DNA from: Octopus sinensis
Taxonomy: Eukaryota
Direction of reading: 5' to 3'
NCBI RefSeq assembly: GCF_006345805.1
Contig: NC_043001.1
Coordinates: 110,670,001-110,734,000 of the forward strand
DNA: 64,000 nt
Positions 12,506 through 26,930 of the stretch are shown one piece after another (within the stretch, counting starts at the first letter, position 1; every line of letters begins with the position of its first letter). The notes under the pieces were generated by a model. The model was not told the DNA's origin. It worked only from the letters and a program-made list of their open reading frames with translations, and made no database searches. The translations under genes were made by a program, and so were the position numbers.

Positions 12506-14099
12506 TATCGACGCATTATTATCCCTGTAAGCTAGGAAATGCTAATGCGACGAAATATTATCGGGGATTTTATTGTAATCTGAATTCATTCGAATTCTAT
12601 AAAGAAAAAAAAGCAAATTATTACTCAAATATTTTCAGTAAATTTAAAATTCAATTACAAGGGAAACAAATAACTACTGCGAGGCGTATCTCCGATCATG
12701 CTTGAAAATTAACTTAAGTCTACGAGGCACGGAAGCAAATTTTCTTTGTTACTGGACCAAGAAGTAGCAAATAACTTCCACAAAACCATACGCTATCATA
12801 TTAAAATGTTCAGGACTGTATTATACAGGGTGGACCAAAATCCTGCCCCACCACACAGTATGTGGAATGGTGTATGGAATTGTCAAAAACATGCTTCGAT
12901 TTTCTAAAATTGAATAAAATAGATAAAATAATAATGAATACACACGTGCTTGTACATCATGAACAAAATCTCTATATCTATAACCGGCAAAACATCTGTG
13001 TATCAATGTGTCTGTGTGTCTGTGTGTCCTTTATACAAATCCACAGTTTTTCAGGTAATATGCTCACATTTTCTGTGGGCTTTCAAAACTATCTGAGGGT
13101 TATCATGAAGATCTTTACATTTCCCCAGTCACCCCAGAAAGCCATTAAAAACACCGATAAACCGACCCCTTATGCGCACAAGTTATTTTGCGGCCATATT
13201 CGAGTTTTTTGCTTTTTTCTGCCTCCTTTTTTGTTTGACTAATGGCATGTGCACAGTCCCGTTAATGTTCCATAATTATGCCGTTCCAGGTGAGAAAACC
13301 GAAGTCCAATGAATATTAAATACTCTCATAAAAAGCTCCAACTAGCTCATAAACAGCAAAACTCGCCCGGGCTGAATTGTGATAAGAAACTTAGCTCTTG
13401 ATTTAGTGAGAACTTTTTACTGTGATCCGGCAACGAACAACAAGCACGAGCATAGTGCTAGTGTATAATAAAAGCAGTTTCAAATTTTAGCACCAGGTTA
13501 ATAAGAATAAAAATAATATTAATGATAATTGCAATAATTTTCAAAGAGAAAATATCGTTATACTAATGGATTCGGGGCTAATACAATAAATATAATGAAT
13601 AGGAATAAATATAAATATAAAAATAAAATAAAAGACTAAATAGTAGGAAAAAACGTTGATGGTAACAGTAATGATAGCAGACATTATAGTATAAATATCA
13701 TAAGCATTAAAAAAATAATATTAATAAAGGGAAAAAATATGGTTGATTTTTCCTTATGGCACACAGGTTAAAAATGACATTATAAAAGAAATCACAAAAA
13801 TAATAATATTATCCTTTATTATAGATAATAAAAAATATAACACCTTTTCTAAACATAATATAGGAGTAGGGTATTCGACTACTAGTAACGTAGATATTAT
13901 CTCACCTCTAAATATATATAAGCTGAATAAATATTATTTTGATAAACTAAATAATAACTCCAATAATAACGACAATAATTCAGAAAATTGTAATTGCAGA
14001 GATAAAAACATTTGTAATTTTATAATAAATGTGTCTTGAGTGAAGTAGTATATAAATGCGTGGTAACCATAAATGAAGATAGAAGTGTTAGTGGTAATA

Positions 14100-14372
<273 letters not shown>

Positions 14373-14990
14373 ACGAAAATCCAACTGTGACTTACGTTGG
14401 ATGAGCATCTTATAAAATTAAACAAAGGGTGGCTCAGCAGTTGTACTCTTTTAAGTATATGCATTGACGAACACGACAGGCTTAAGTTAATATATATATG
14501 GGAATTAAAAACTAAAGATATAAAGTACATTATATATCAAAGTTAACATCTATATAAAATAAATTTACCAAGTAAAAAATTAGACTATTTCCATCATACC
14601 CTTCTAGCTTCTCCTGACTTATTATTAATCACTTTCCTTACACGGTAAATATAAAAATAGAAAATACCTTTTAAGATCTGTTAAATGTTTGTAATAATTA
14701 TCTCACCTACACAGGAACTTTCAATGTTTGCTTATACGATTGCTTCATTTGGTAGCTATGTTTAATTCGCGGAGAGAAAATGACCATACAGATGAGTTAA
14801 CATTTATTTGTACTAATATTTCTTTTTCCTACTTTTATTCAACATTTCTGTTCATTATTTATTAAAGTAAAGTTATTCCGACAACTTCTAGTTATATAAT
14901 TTTAGCTTGTCATGTTTTTATATAGGATGTAAATAGCAAAATAAGTTCATGTAATCTTGACCTGAAGATTGGCAATATATTCATTTTAAT

Positions 14991-15791
14991 ATGGTATTAA
15001 AAACCGTTCTCCGAGAGCTTCACAAAGCCGGATTTCACGGGAGGGCTGGTATCCGAAAACCACTACCTTCAAAAACAAATGTTGCAAAGCATTTAGAGTG
15101 GAGTAAAATGCTACACAATTGGTCCCTAGAGCAGTGGAAGTATGTTGGTTTCTCAGACGAGTCATTCCTTACTTTATATCCGACCACTGGCCGAGTGTAC
15201 ATATGCAGACCGAGAAAGGAAGCATTTGACCTAGACTGCCTTCGTCTAACTCTCAAACATGGAGGAGGATCTGTGATGATCTGAGAGGGGGGCTATGTCT
15301 TGGAAATCTGCCGGCCTAATTATTTCCCTTTATGGCAGAATTAATAGTCAAGACTTTTTAAGCATTTTATCTGATCAAATTCATCCTAAGTTTACGAAAT
15401 TGTTTCCGAAAGGAAACGCAATCTTTCAGGATGAGAGGAGCCAATTCACACAGCGAAAGTTGTTACTGAATGGCACGATGAACATTCTAGTGAAGTCGAA
15501 CATCTTATTTGGCCACCAGAGTGCCCAGATCTCAATATTATTGAATATTTATGGTGCATTATAGAAAAAAAACAGGAGTCGATATCCTCCAACATCAACA
15601 ATACAAGAACTGGAGACTGTTTTTAAGCTGTATATTGGAGAAAAATTAGTTTGGAAATAATTCAAACTTTGTACGTGCCCATACCTCGTAGAATTCAAGC
15701 TGTAATTACTGCCAAATGCGGTCCTACTCCGTATTAAAATATAAATTTGTTTAAAATTTTAAGGTGTCTCCATTATTTTATCCAACCCCTG
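14991..15791 (+). mobile_element. 5'-truncated Tc1-family transposon (transposase pseudogene plus right TIR)
   Basis: ORF pieces KTVLRELHKAGF..RKPL, WKYVGFSDES, KHGGGSVMI, IFQD, and in another frame EHLIWPPECPDLNIIEYLW; ends ..ccattattttatccaacccctg followed by TA at 15792-15793. Confidence 0.9.
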
Positions 15792-15849
15792 TATTTATAT
15801 ATATATATATATGGAGGGTGGGTGATGGTACGTGTGTGTAATGTGTGTG

Positions 15850-16000
15850 CGTAGTTGTGTCTGCACTTGTCTCGCAAAAACCACTGATTTGCTGTAAGTG
15901 TTGCTTTCTTTCCATACACTTAACTTCAGCGACTCGGCAAAGCGATATTAAAATAAGTAGATGGCTTAGAAAAAATACTGAGTTCGAGTTATTCATTTTA
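15850..16000 (+). mobile_element. Degenerate SINE-A-like 3' half
   Basis: cttaacttcagcgactcggcaaagcgata..aaataagta resembles gtaacttagcggttcggcaaaagagaccgatagaataagta. Confidence 0.35.
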
Positions 16001-16029
16001 ACTCTTCAGGACGATCTCTGAAATTACAT

Positions 16030-16185
16030 CTATATATCTATTTATCTATATGTCTATCGATCGGTCTATCTGTGTATCTGTCTATCTATGTATCTATCTA
16101 TCTATATATCGCTATTGCATTCTCTCTATTCATCAATCTATAGTTCTCTCTCTCTCTCTCTTTCGATATATATATATACACACGT

Positions 16186-16275
<90 letters not shown>

Positions 16276-16607
16276 TATATATATATATACGTACATATAT
16301 ATATTTCGAATTTGTGTAAATGTGTATAGAATATTATACCAGTGGAAGAAAGTTAAAACATGGTCTGGTTTTCACATTTTATATTATAGTATTAAAAATA
16401 TATATATAATTTTTTACAATGTTAAAATGTGTTCAACATTAAGAAAATATTTCGTAATGTACATAAAGCTTATAAAAAAACGTGAAAACCAGATCAGATT
16501 TTAACTTTATTCAACACACACACACATGTATGTATGTATGTATGTATGTATATGAATGTATGTATATACATGTCTGTGTGTGTATGCAAATATATATGTA
16601 TACACAT

Positions 16608-16660
<53 letters not shown>

Positions 16661-16734
16661 TAGATAGATAATATATATGTATATATGCATACGTATATGT
16701 ACATACATATATACGTATATATATATATACATAC

Positions 16735-16791
<57 letters not shown>

Positions 16792-16835
16792 CATATATAA
16801 CACATACACACACACACACCACACACACATATATA

Positions 16836-16873
<38 letters not shown>

Positions 16874-16905
16874 TATATATACATATATATATATGTATAT
16901 GCATA
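16030..16905. repeat. Two compound microsatellite blocks (16030-16300, 16515-16905): TATC/CT/CA/TA
   Basis: Direct reading. Confidence 0.9.
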
Positions 16906-17365
16906 TATGGGCACTGGAAGTTACAGAAACGAAAAACCGTAAAATACGAATATGCGAAACAACGAGAGAAACAAATGGAAAACAAGACAAGCAACATAAC
17001 GAACAACCCTTCATCAGTTGTCGGCTACTTTTCTAATCCGTATTTCGAGCAATTCACGACAAGATACGACAAGATAAAACAGTTACTCCTGCAAAGCAAA
17101 TTAAGTGATATTTGGGATTTTGCGGAGGGTCATAATTGATAACAAAATCGGGACAGTGAAAACAAACAGGAAGGGCTGCTAAGCCTCAACCAGATGTGAT
17201 GGTGAACACGGAGAAGCAAGCTTGGACAGGAGACAGACAAGAATGCATCTAATTCGTTCATCTGAATCAGAAGTAAAGAAGAAACATAAGTTAGAGAAGG
17301 AAAGAAAGATGGCCGATATTCACGTGGTGTGCTGTAACGAAAGCACTTGCATGGTGGAAGGTGTT

Positions 17366-17614
17366 TATAAGCCATTTAAGAAACACACGAAAATCGTTTG
17401 ATTCACTTCAACATTTAAACTTCATTTTCACCTGTTGATTGTTCAAAATTCCGTGCTGCTTCTACTCCCAATCTTCAACATTCACACTAAGAGATGCAGC
17501 ACGGAATTTTGTCAGTGAACAGGCCGTGGTCTCAAAGCGACGAAAATATTTTGGCAAATTAAATTTAAGTGTTGAAGTGAGTCTAACAGTTTTTGTGTGT
17601 TTCTTAAATGGCTT

Positions 17615-17617
<3 letters not shown>
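17366..17617. mobile_element. Palindromic MITE-like element
   Basis: ~60-bp inverted arms (tataagccatttaagaaacacac..tcacttcaaca at 17366; reverse complement ending 17617) and an inner pair aaaattccgtgctgc / gcagcacggaatttt; TA at both ends. Confidence 0.75.
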
Positions 17618-17836
<219 letters not shown>

Positions 17837-18985
17837 TATAAAAGCAATTTAAGAAACACACAAAACTGTCATATATATATATGTGTGGTGTGTGTATGCA
17901 CAAATACATACTCGCATACATAAATGAACATTTGTATTTGATTTGTTTCACCTATTATTGTGCAGTACGACCTAATTTCCTCATATCATGATTTTGAAGC
18001 GTAAATAGGATTACCTTACATACGATCATTCTCTACGTTGAGATTGTGATAAACCTGGGAGCACTAGTATTGACTTTCTCCATATATTTACAACAACCAT
18101 ATTCAGGAATATACATTTTTGTGATTTGCATATGGCAGTAATGTCTCTTGTTTGTTGTGTGAGTTTCTTTCTTGGGCAAACGTGATTCTAAGATAAAACC
18201 TTGTTTATCTTAGACGTCTACGTGAGACTTTCTTTAAAAAAAGAAAAATATGAAAAAACAACGATTTATAAAATTTACAAATCGACGATCGTTCGTTCGA
18301 ATATAATTATCATATTTCCTGTGTTGACACTACGGATCATACAAGAACATCTCTTTCTCATCGTCTGCATGCAGCTTCCATTCTCAGAGCCCTCATACCT
18401 TCAGTGAGATCAATATTAATTATATACAAAATGTGAGAAATCCAGTCAAATAAACATTAGTTAATGCATTGTATTTTCTCCGCCATTTTGCCTTTACGAT
18501 GATCGGGTGCGATGAAATGCTTTGATTATTGGAAATACTGTTTACCTCTGAGTATGACACCCATTCACCAATGTAATATAATGATACTTAATTGCCTTCG
18601 ATATCAATGTTTTAAACGTAATCAATGAGAATTTCTCCCCACTATTTTCAGCAGTGGATTATTTAGCTTTTTAAAAGAAACTGCGTGCTGTAATATTTAT
18701 CTCATAAATGATTTGGGGCGATTCTAGAATAGCTTTCTGACGTTCTCAATTCCAAACTCATAAGCATTTAGTCATCCGTAATTAAAGTTTACAATTTTAT
18801 AATTATAGCAGTGATTATAAAACGTGATGTTTCCCTAACGGGATAATTATTAATTTTTAAATTGAAACATAATTTTAACAAAGAATTATGAAACCCGGAG
18901 CTTGAATGCAGAAATATTGCGTATAGATTCTACTAGAAAAACGTATATATACACACCTACATACATACATAACATACATACATAT

Positions 18986-19042
<57 letters not shown>

Positions 19043-19055
19043 GCATACATAATAT

Positions 19056-19106
<51 letters not shown>

Positions 19107-19444
19107 GTTTGTGTACAAAAGGTTATTTACTAGATAAATCAAAAGCATTTCTCGGCATATACTACACATGAAATGCAGTGAGCGTATTTACCAAGCAAAG
19201 AATCGCTATTAATGCAGCTCTTCCAAGTAAACACAGATTTATTTCTTGTCTCCAGCTATTCATTAAACCGTATGCATAATATATACAAACACATACCTAT
19301 ATACGCGCGCACACGTATAAATACATATATGCATACATACGCATGCATATGTTTGTGTCTGCGTTTGTGTGTATGTTACAGAGACGAGGAAAGTTAGAGT
19401 GAGCCAGCAGTTTGTGTATTTATGAATAAATTTGCATGGTAGTT

Positions 19445-19670
19445 ATATAATATTGGTTTGGAATTTTGGCTCAAAACCAACCTGTTTAGAGATAGGGGTA
19501 AGTCAATTATATCGAGTCCAGTACTTTACTGGTACTTACTCTATCGACCACAAAGTGACAAAGGACAAAGATGATCTGAGCGGAATTTGGACAAAGAACG
19601 AAACACGGACGAAATGCCGATAAGCATTTTGCTCGGCAACTAAGGATCCTGCCGGTTCGCCGCTTTAGAG
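19445..19670 (-). mobile_element. SINE-B, degenerate
   Basis: Reverse complement carries aaagcggcgaaccggcagg..aaaatgcttatcggcatttcgtc..aaattccg..tggtcgatag. Confidence 0.55.
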
Positions 19671-19699
19671 TAGCAATATAGTTTTCGATTGTATTCCTC

Positions 19700-19830
19700 C
19701 GTCTTCCTTTCTATTGGATTTTCCATTGTTTCTAAAGAAAAGCGTTGCTCGAAACGTTTAACCATCTTCTTTTCCTTATCTGAGCATCTGCTAATATCTT
19801 ACATGAACCACGTCCTCGCATTGTTGTTTT
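19700..19830 (+). mobile_element. Degenerate Penelope-like tail
   Basis: agcgttgctcgaaacgtt motif related to 2062-2086 and 37167-37191. Confidence 0.35.
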
Positions 19831-19881
19831 TCTGCATTTGTTCTTTCTTTCTAGGATTTACTATATATATACATATTTTTT

Positions 19882-20271
19882 TCTCTTTTACTTGTTTCAG
19901 TCATTTGACTGCGGCCATGCTGGAGCACCGCCTTTAGTCGAACAAATCGACCCCGGGACTTATTCTTTGTAAGCCCAGTACTTATTCCATCGGTCTCTTT
20001 TTGCCGAACTGCTAGGTGACGGGGACGTAAACACACCAGCATCGGTTGTGAAGCAATGCTAGGGGGACAAACACAGACACAAACACACACACAGATACAT
20101 ATATATACATATATACGACAGGCTTCTTTCAGTTTCCGTCTACCAAATCCACTCACAAGGCATTGGTCGGCCCGAGGCTATAGCAGAAGACACTTGCCCA
20201 AGATGACACTCAGTGGGACTGAACCCGGAACCATGTGGTTGGTTAGCAAGCTACTTACCACACAGCCACTC
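19882..20271 (-). mobile_element. SINE-A, full length
   Basis: Reverse complement collinear with 54389-54790: head, central CA/TA microsatellite, tail. Confidence 0.85.
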
Positions 20272-20324
20272 ATACATAAATATATTTACATATATACATA
20301 CGTGCATACATACATATATAAAGG

Positions 20325-20590
20325 GGTAAAGACCCCCTTCGGTCATGAATGACCATGGGATTGCACCTAGAAAGTTACCCTCCTAGACACAAGTCTGGGC
20401 AAGGTTGTTTTTATGGAAGGCCAGCAGTCGCCCATGCATACCAGCCTCCCCTCTCCACGCCACCAGTGTTATACAAGGGAAAGACAAAGGTCGATACAGC
20501 TTGGCACCAGTGACGTCGCAACTCATTTCTACAGCTGAGTGAACTGGAGCAACGTGAAATAAAGTGCCTTGCACGAGAACACAACACGCA
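20325..20590 (-). mobile_element. SINE-D core plus tail
   Basis: Minus strand tttatttcacgttgctccagttcactcagctgtagaaatgagt resembles the core of 470-712 but has a different tail; a decayed copy of this tail lies at about 1440-1555 (+). Confidence 0.55.
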
Positions 20591-20935
20591 GCATACATAT
20601 ATATATGTATATATATATACAAAAATGGGACAACAAAATATCCAGACAGACGATACAACGTATACAAGGACGGGTCATCCGGAGTTTTCTTTCCTCAGTC
20701 GAGTTCCAGATTATTTTTGCAATTTCGGCTGGTTATACACGAGATTGCTCCAATCTTGCCAGCCGTAAAATTACAATCCGCCGCGCTGATTGGATCATCT
20801 ATATACCCGATTAATTTCTATATTCCATAAATATTTGTAAAGGATTCATCGTTTCCTTTGTTGTACCACAATTATAAGTGCGTATATATAGAAATAACGT
20901 CAACTAACTATTAATCGATTAAAAAAAAACATCAT

Positions 20936-21116
20936 AGGCGTAGGAGTGGCTCTGTGCTAAGTAGCTTACTTACCAACCACGTGGTTGCGGGTTCAGTCAC
21001 AGTGAGTGGTACCTTGGGCAAGTCTTGGCGGACCAAAGCCTTTTGATTGGATTTGGGAGACGGAAACTGAAAGAAGCCTGTCGTGTATATATATGTAGAT
21101 TGATAGATAGATAGAC

Positions 21117-21169
<53 letters not shown>

Positions 21170-21672
21170 GATAAGTTTCTTTATTGGCCACACAGGGCTG
21201 CACACAGATGGGACAAGTTACAAGGTAGAGCTTTTCTTTTGGGGGAGAAAAAAAAAAGGTGGCGTAGGTTTTCGATCAAAAGGGATCGTAAAACGGAAAA
21301 AGAACAAAAAAAGAAAAGAGGAAAAGAAAAAAGAAAAAGGGGAAAAGGAACAAAAGAAAAGAAAAATGAAAAAAGAAGAAAAAGCGGAAAAAAGGGGAAG
21401 AGGAAAAAAACGATCAATAGGGATCGTGTATCACAGTGTCATGATGTATGGTGTAAAGGGGAAAGCAAGTAAGGTTTATCCGTGGTAAGAAAAGCCTACG
21501 AAAAAGACCACGGTAACCTTGGTCAATATTGTTATATGTTACCACATTTGTTTGCAAGTGGGTAACCCTCTGTTTTCAATTTCTGGGTTCATAGGATTAT
21601 GCTCAAGGTGGCTTCGTCATTCATACGCGCCATCCTTGCTACATTCACCCATCTTTTTTTAAAACGTTCGCT

Positions 21673-21720
<48 letters not shown>

Positions 21721-21930
21721 ATTTGTGTGTCTGCATTTTTGTTCCCACAACATTGCTTGACAACCGATGCTGGAATGCTTACGCCCCTGTAACTTAGCGG
21801 TTCTGCAAAAGAAACCTATAGAATAAGTACTAGTCTTACAATGAATAAGTCCTGGAATCGATTCGATCGACCAAAGGCGGTGCTCCAGGATGGCCGCAGT
21901 CAAATGACTGAAACAAATAAAAGACTAAAA
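20936..21930 (+). mobile_element. SINE-A split by a Tx1 LINE fragment inserted in its central (GATA)n
   Basis: Head 20936-21085 and tail 21720-21930 are collinear with 54389-54790. Confidence 0.8.
21174..21673 (-). mobile_element. Tx1-clade LINE 3' fragment
   Basis: Reverse complement matches 58185-58721 (ORF end, 3' UTR, aataaagaaact); (GATA)n on both sides. Confidence 0.9.
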
Positions 21931-22508
21931 GAATACTATAATATATTGCACAACGTTGAACGGGGACTTTGCTAACAAATGCTTTAACACAGCCTTGTTA
22001 TACAGACATATTAAAATTTTTTGAGGCCCAAGGTTTCCACGCGAAAGAGACTTGGCTGTGTTTTCTATCTATTCGAGCACCCGTGTCGAGACCCCGTTGT
22101 TTAATATTGGACTATCTGTTATTAGAATTATAACGAGACTAACAGATAATAGATGATCTAGAATTTCTCTGTTGAAAAAACAGAATTTGTGACATCAGAG
22201 CATAAGGAATCTGCGTTAAAAAACCGGATATGCAACCTACTGAAGAGAGCAGTGAAAATATTGTCTCTATGAGGACAAGCAGAGTGGAAACGGAAGAAAG
22301 AAGAACAGAAAGAGGAAAAGGCAATATCCTTGTAATTCTATAAAAGTACTCTAATAGTAATACTTTCAGTTTTAAATATAGTTTATAAAGATAATAATCA
22401 ATGTTCTAATTTAAGATCTTATAAAGTAATTTTTAAACCAGTGCTCCCTAAAAATGTATGATTTTATATGTATGCAATTTATGTAAGATACGTACACACA
22501 CACACATA

Positions 22509-22595
<87 letters not shown>

Positions 22596-23738
22596 ATATA
22601 TACATGTATGTATGTATATACATATACATATATATATATATATATATTCGTTGTTAAAAAAGTCCGTTTCCTTGTTTTGTTTTTATGTTTTCGTTTCTCG
22701 TTGTGTTCTACGTTTATTTGTGGTGTCCTGTACCCACATGTACATGTATATATACATATAGATGTAGGTATGTACATATATGTATGTATGTATGCATATG
22801 TTTTATTTATTAAATTGTTAATATTTGATTGAACGCACGCGTCGTCTTCTTCCAACTAAGTTTTCTTTCAATATATATATATATATGTACATACACACAT
22901 ACATACATACATACATACATACATACATACATACATACATACATACGTATATATGATATAGATATAGATAGACAGATAGATAGAGACACAGACAGACATA
23001 GACATAAAGATAGATATTGATATACAAATATAAATGTATATATCCGTATATAATATATAAGCTCTGAAAAATATTTCCTCTATGCATGGGTGTGTAAATA
23101 CTTAGATGCGCGCGTGTGAGGGCGTTAGGATACTGTATTTTTTTAATGAGAGTAACGAAATGTGTTGATGTAGAATGAGGTAGACTAATAGTCAGAATGA
23201 CAGGGTACGAAAGTGTGTCGGTTTACGTTGAGAAGACATAATTAAAAACATGGCGGTTTGGCAGAAACAGCTGACACCCGAGTAAATTAGTGTACCGGCT
23301 ATATTTTATCAGTATCTTAAGTACGAATTTACTCAGTGACTGCGTTGCTTTCAACAACATAATTTAGTGGGTGGAGTAAAATACACATGTGAATGGTTAG
23401 AGTAAATAGAGATGTGTACATAACATAAGACATGTTGTCCTATGGGAATTTCAACTTGATGACCACTATACTACGATCTAATTTGAAAATATTCGTGATA
23501 TATATTTCAGAAAACAACGACGCTTCTTCATGCGATTTTGTATATGATGGACGGAATGTCTGTAGGTTTTTGATACCTCGTTTTAACTTTGGGTGTTCAA
23601 ATTACACCCAAGTCATTTTGGTTATTGTTCTGCCGGTATCCACGTAGTTCATTGCAGTCATTTCCTGAGATCGGCATAGTTTATCAAACTACAAATATTT
23701 GTGAAATTGTGTCATAGATTCTCACTCACTTACTCACC

Positions 23739-23810
<72 letters not shown>

Positions 23811-23863
23811 TTATATTTAACTCTTTCTTTCTTTCTATCTTTTTGCTTGTCTATGTATCTATC

Positions 23864-26192
23864 GACCAACACTTCAACGCCAAACACGATTGATGCGTTG
23901 TCAGAGATAGGATGCGTGCTCTGAGGAACGAAGGAGTTTGAGCCGCCCGAGAGGCACGAGTGACGGAAACGCAACAAGGCAACAGAGCCACCATCAGGTC
24001 ACTTACAGATGAACAGGGAGGCAAAGTACTCGAGCCTGAAATGATGCTTGAGGCCTTTCAACAACACTTTGCCCGACTGTTCGAGACAACTGCAGTGTGG
24101 AATTTAATGACTTCATGGCCTGCCACGAGAGAAGCGGAGTGTTCTGAAAGACCCACCACAGCCGCGGACGTACGAGATGCGATGGCTGGTTGCACAGGAG
24201 ACAATCATCAGGCTTGGATGGTCTGCCCTACGAACTTTATAGTCATATGCCAGACTTGTTTGGAGGCGTCTTGGCAGCTGTCTACCGCAACTGGCAGCAA
24301 AACGGGAGTAACCCTTTCCTTTTAAAGTGCGGTGCGGTGGCACTGCTAAAGAAAGAACTAAACAAGGGAACGTCATAGATAGCCTCAGGCCCATCCCTCT
24401 GCTCAATGCAGATTTGAAAATTTTGGCCGAGAGGTTGGCGTTTGTCATCGAGAAAGTAGTCGACAAGGCGCAAACGTGCGCTATGCCGGGTCGGAGTATC
24501 CATTACAACCTCCATCCGATGTGCTATATCATAGACAGCGTAGTTAAGGAACATGGCATGGGTGGGGCGCTGATCAATTTGGATCAATCAAAAGCTTTCG
24601 ATAGGGTAGACCATCACTACATGGAGGCTGTCCTTAGAGCGGCTGGTTTCGATCCTATCTTCCACAATTCGATCGCTGCCTTATACAGCGGCATCAGCTC
24701 GGTAGTTCACGTAAATTGTCATCTAACCAGACTATTTAACATCATGCGTTCGGTTCATTAAAGATGCCCCCTCTCGCCGCTTCTATATGTATTGACTCTT
24801 GAGTCACTACTACGGAAGCTGGCCACACTGAGGGGCATCCCACTAAAGCAGGGATGCAGGCGGAGCGAGTCTGCATACGCGAATGACGTCACCATCATTG
24901 TCTCGTGCCACAAGCACATCGACCTAGTCGGCGAGACACTAAAAGAATATCAAGCGGTAACGGGAGCAAAAATTAACCGGGAAGAGTCAGTGAGCTTGCG
25001 GCTCGAGACCTGGATAAGCAAGCCCATACCGTCCAACAGCGTCTCCATAGTGGAACGCTGGACTGATGGAATGGGTAAATTGCTCGGAGTCTGGTTCGAA
25101 CCGGACCTCCAAATGGAGAAGGACCGAGGCGAAATAACGGCTAGGGTGGCCACTCTCACCCAACAACGGGTCGAGAGGAAGCTTTCCCTAAAACGTCGGG
25201 CAGAGGTGGCAAACGCGTGCCTCGCATCCGTCATCGAGTACTGTCTGACCGCCATTCCCTTGTCCCGAGCCTACCATCATCAAACTGGAAAGCATACTCT
25301 TCCACTTCTTGTGGAAGGGAAGCGCTCTGATAGTTAGGCGATCTATTTGCTGTCAACCCCTTCTAAATGGAGGGCTGGGCATGCCGTGGTTGTTGATGCG
25401 CAGACGCGCCGAGACTGCGATATCTCCGGCTCTTCATAGACGACGGCGAATAGGTATGGTCGCCATTTGTGTGGCGCGCTTTCCGGCAGCTTGTCTCCTT
25501 GGCAGAACTGCAGTCGTGGATCAAACCGAGGCCGAGGCTAGGCGAATGGCACCGCGAGTGTCGCGTTGCTCTCAAGCAACTCTGCCGTCCGGGACCAAAT
25601 TTGTCCGACTTCATTACAACAAAGGCGTTCTATAGAGGATTAGGGGAGGGGAGGTGCCACGACGTCCTCGGGTAGAATCTGGGGGTCGACGAGGAACACA
25701 TGACCCGACTGTTCAGGACAACTTTCCGGCCGGGACCTATGGACAATCACCAAATATCCCTGGCCTGGCAATAATATCGAGAAGCATTACCTGTTCGGAA
25801 TAAGCTCTACAGGCACGGTTCGAGACACACATGACCGACCTGCCCGAGATGCGGTCTGAGCGACGAAACCGTTCTGAATGCACTCGTGCAGTGTCCAATC
25901 ATTTCAGCCCTGTGGGTTTATGCCGAACGGCTGCTGTACGTGTGGGACGAGTCCGCCTGTTGAACGAGTCTATCGTGAAAATTTCTCCGCCACCTTCATT
26001 CAACGCGAAAAGCAAGGCAGTCATCATCGTGCCGGTGGCCATGATGAAAAAATGTGTGGTGGACTCGATCTAAAGGACTAGAGACAAATACTTACCTCTC
26101 TGGCTAATCGCTCATCAACTTTTTCAAGTACCACTTGAAAACGAAGGTGAGAATGGAGGGGCAGGTTTTGTGAAAGTTTGAAGAAATGGTTA
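23864..26192 (+). mobile_element. Tx1/L1-clade LINE, degenerate ORF2 (RT plus zinc-binding region)
   Basis: LRPIPLLNADLKIL, LINLDQSKAFDRVDH, CPLSPLLYVLTLE, YANDV, GGLGMP; frameshifted; homologous to 56383-58200. Confidence 0.9.
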
Positions 26193-26328
26193 TGATGCAT
26201 ATGCCGGGTGTACCCTTATCACACGGGTAATAATGATGCGTATACTGGGCTTCATATATTTGTACCCCAGTGTAACTTTGATGGCATGCACTGTTCTCTC
26301 ATTCAATAATAATAATAATAATATAATA

Positions 26329-26360
<32 letters not shown>

Positions 26361-26372
26361 GTAATAATAATA

Positions 26373-26494
26373 ACAACCAAATATATGGCACCCTAGGCAT
26401 AACACCAACATGAACTTCGAACTTGTTGTCTCTTGAGGTCTCTGGGTGAGACTTGGTGCCAACTTGTACAAATGTAAAGCAGAAGTCAAACATA
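26373..26494 (+). mobile_element. R4/Dong LINE 3' UTR fragment within (AAT)n
   Basis: ccaaatatatggcac.ctaggcataac..gaggtctctgggtgagacttgg..aagtcaaacata, as at 27713-27831 and 29908-30026. Confidence 0.85.
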
Positions 26495-26504
26495 AAATGA
26501 TAAC

Positions 26505-26557
<53 letters not shown>

Positions 26558-26828
26558 TAATAATAATAATAGTTTCACATTTCACATTACGAGGGCAAAC
26601 ATTTTTGTTGGGAAGGCATGTCAACTACATCGACCACAGTGTTTCACTGGTACTTAATTTATCTCACCTAAAAGTATATAAAGCAAAGCCTACTTCGGTG
26701 GAATTTAAGCTTAGAGTGTAGCGATGGGAGAATCACCGCTACGCATTTCGTTCTGTGTGCTAATGGCTCTCCTAGCTCATCGCCCTAATAAAACAATCAT
26801 AATAATGATGATGATGAAGAAAATAATG

Positions 26829-26874
<46 letters not shown>

Positions 26875-26885
26875 TGATGATGATG

Positions 26886-26930
<45 letters not shown>

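Noticed and set aside
12823-12850. tacagggtgg as the left TIR of the Tc1 at 14991-15791
   Set aside because: It matches the right TIR (caggggttggataaaataatgg) only in the first few bases.
16990-17050. Minus-strand CTGATGAAGG as a hammerhead
   Set aside because: No stem II followed by GAAA downstream.
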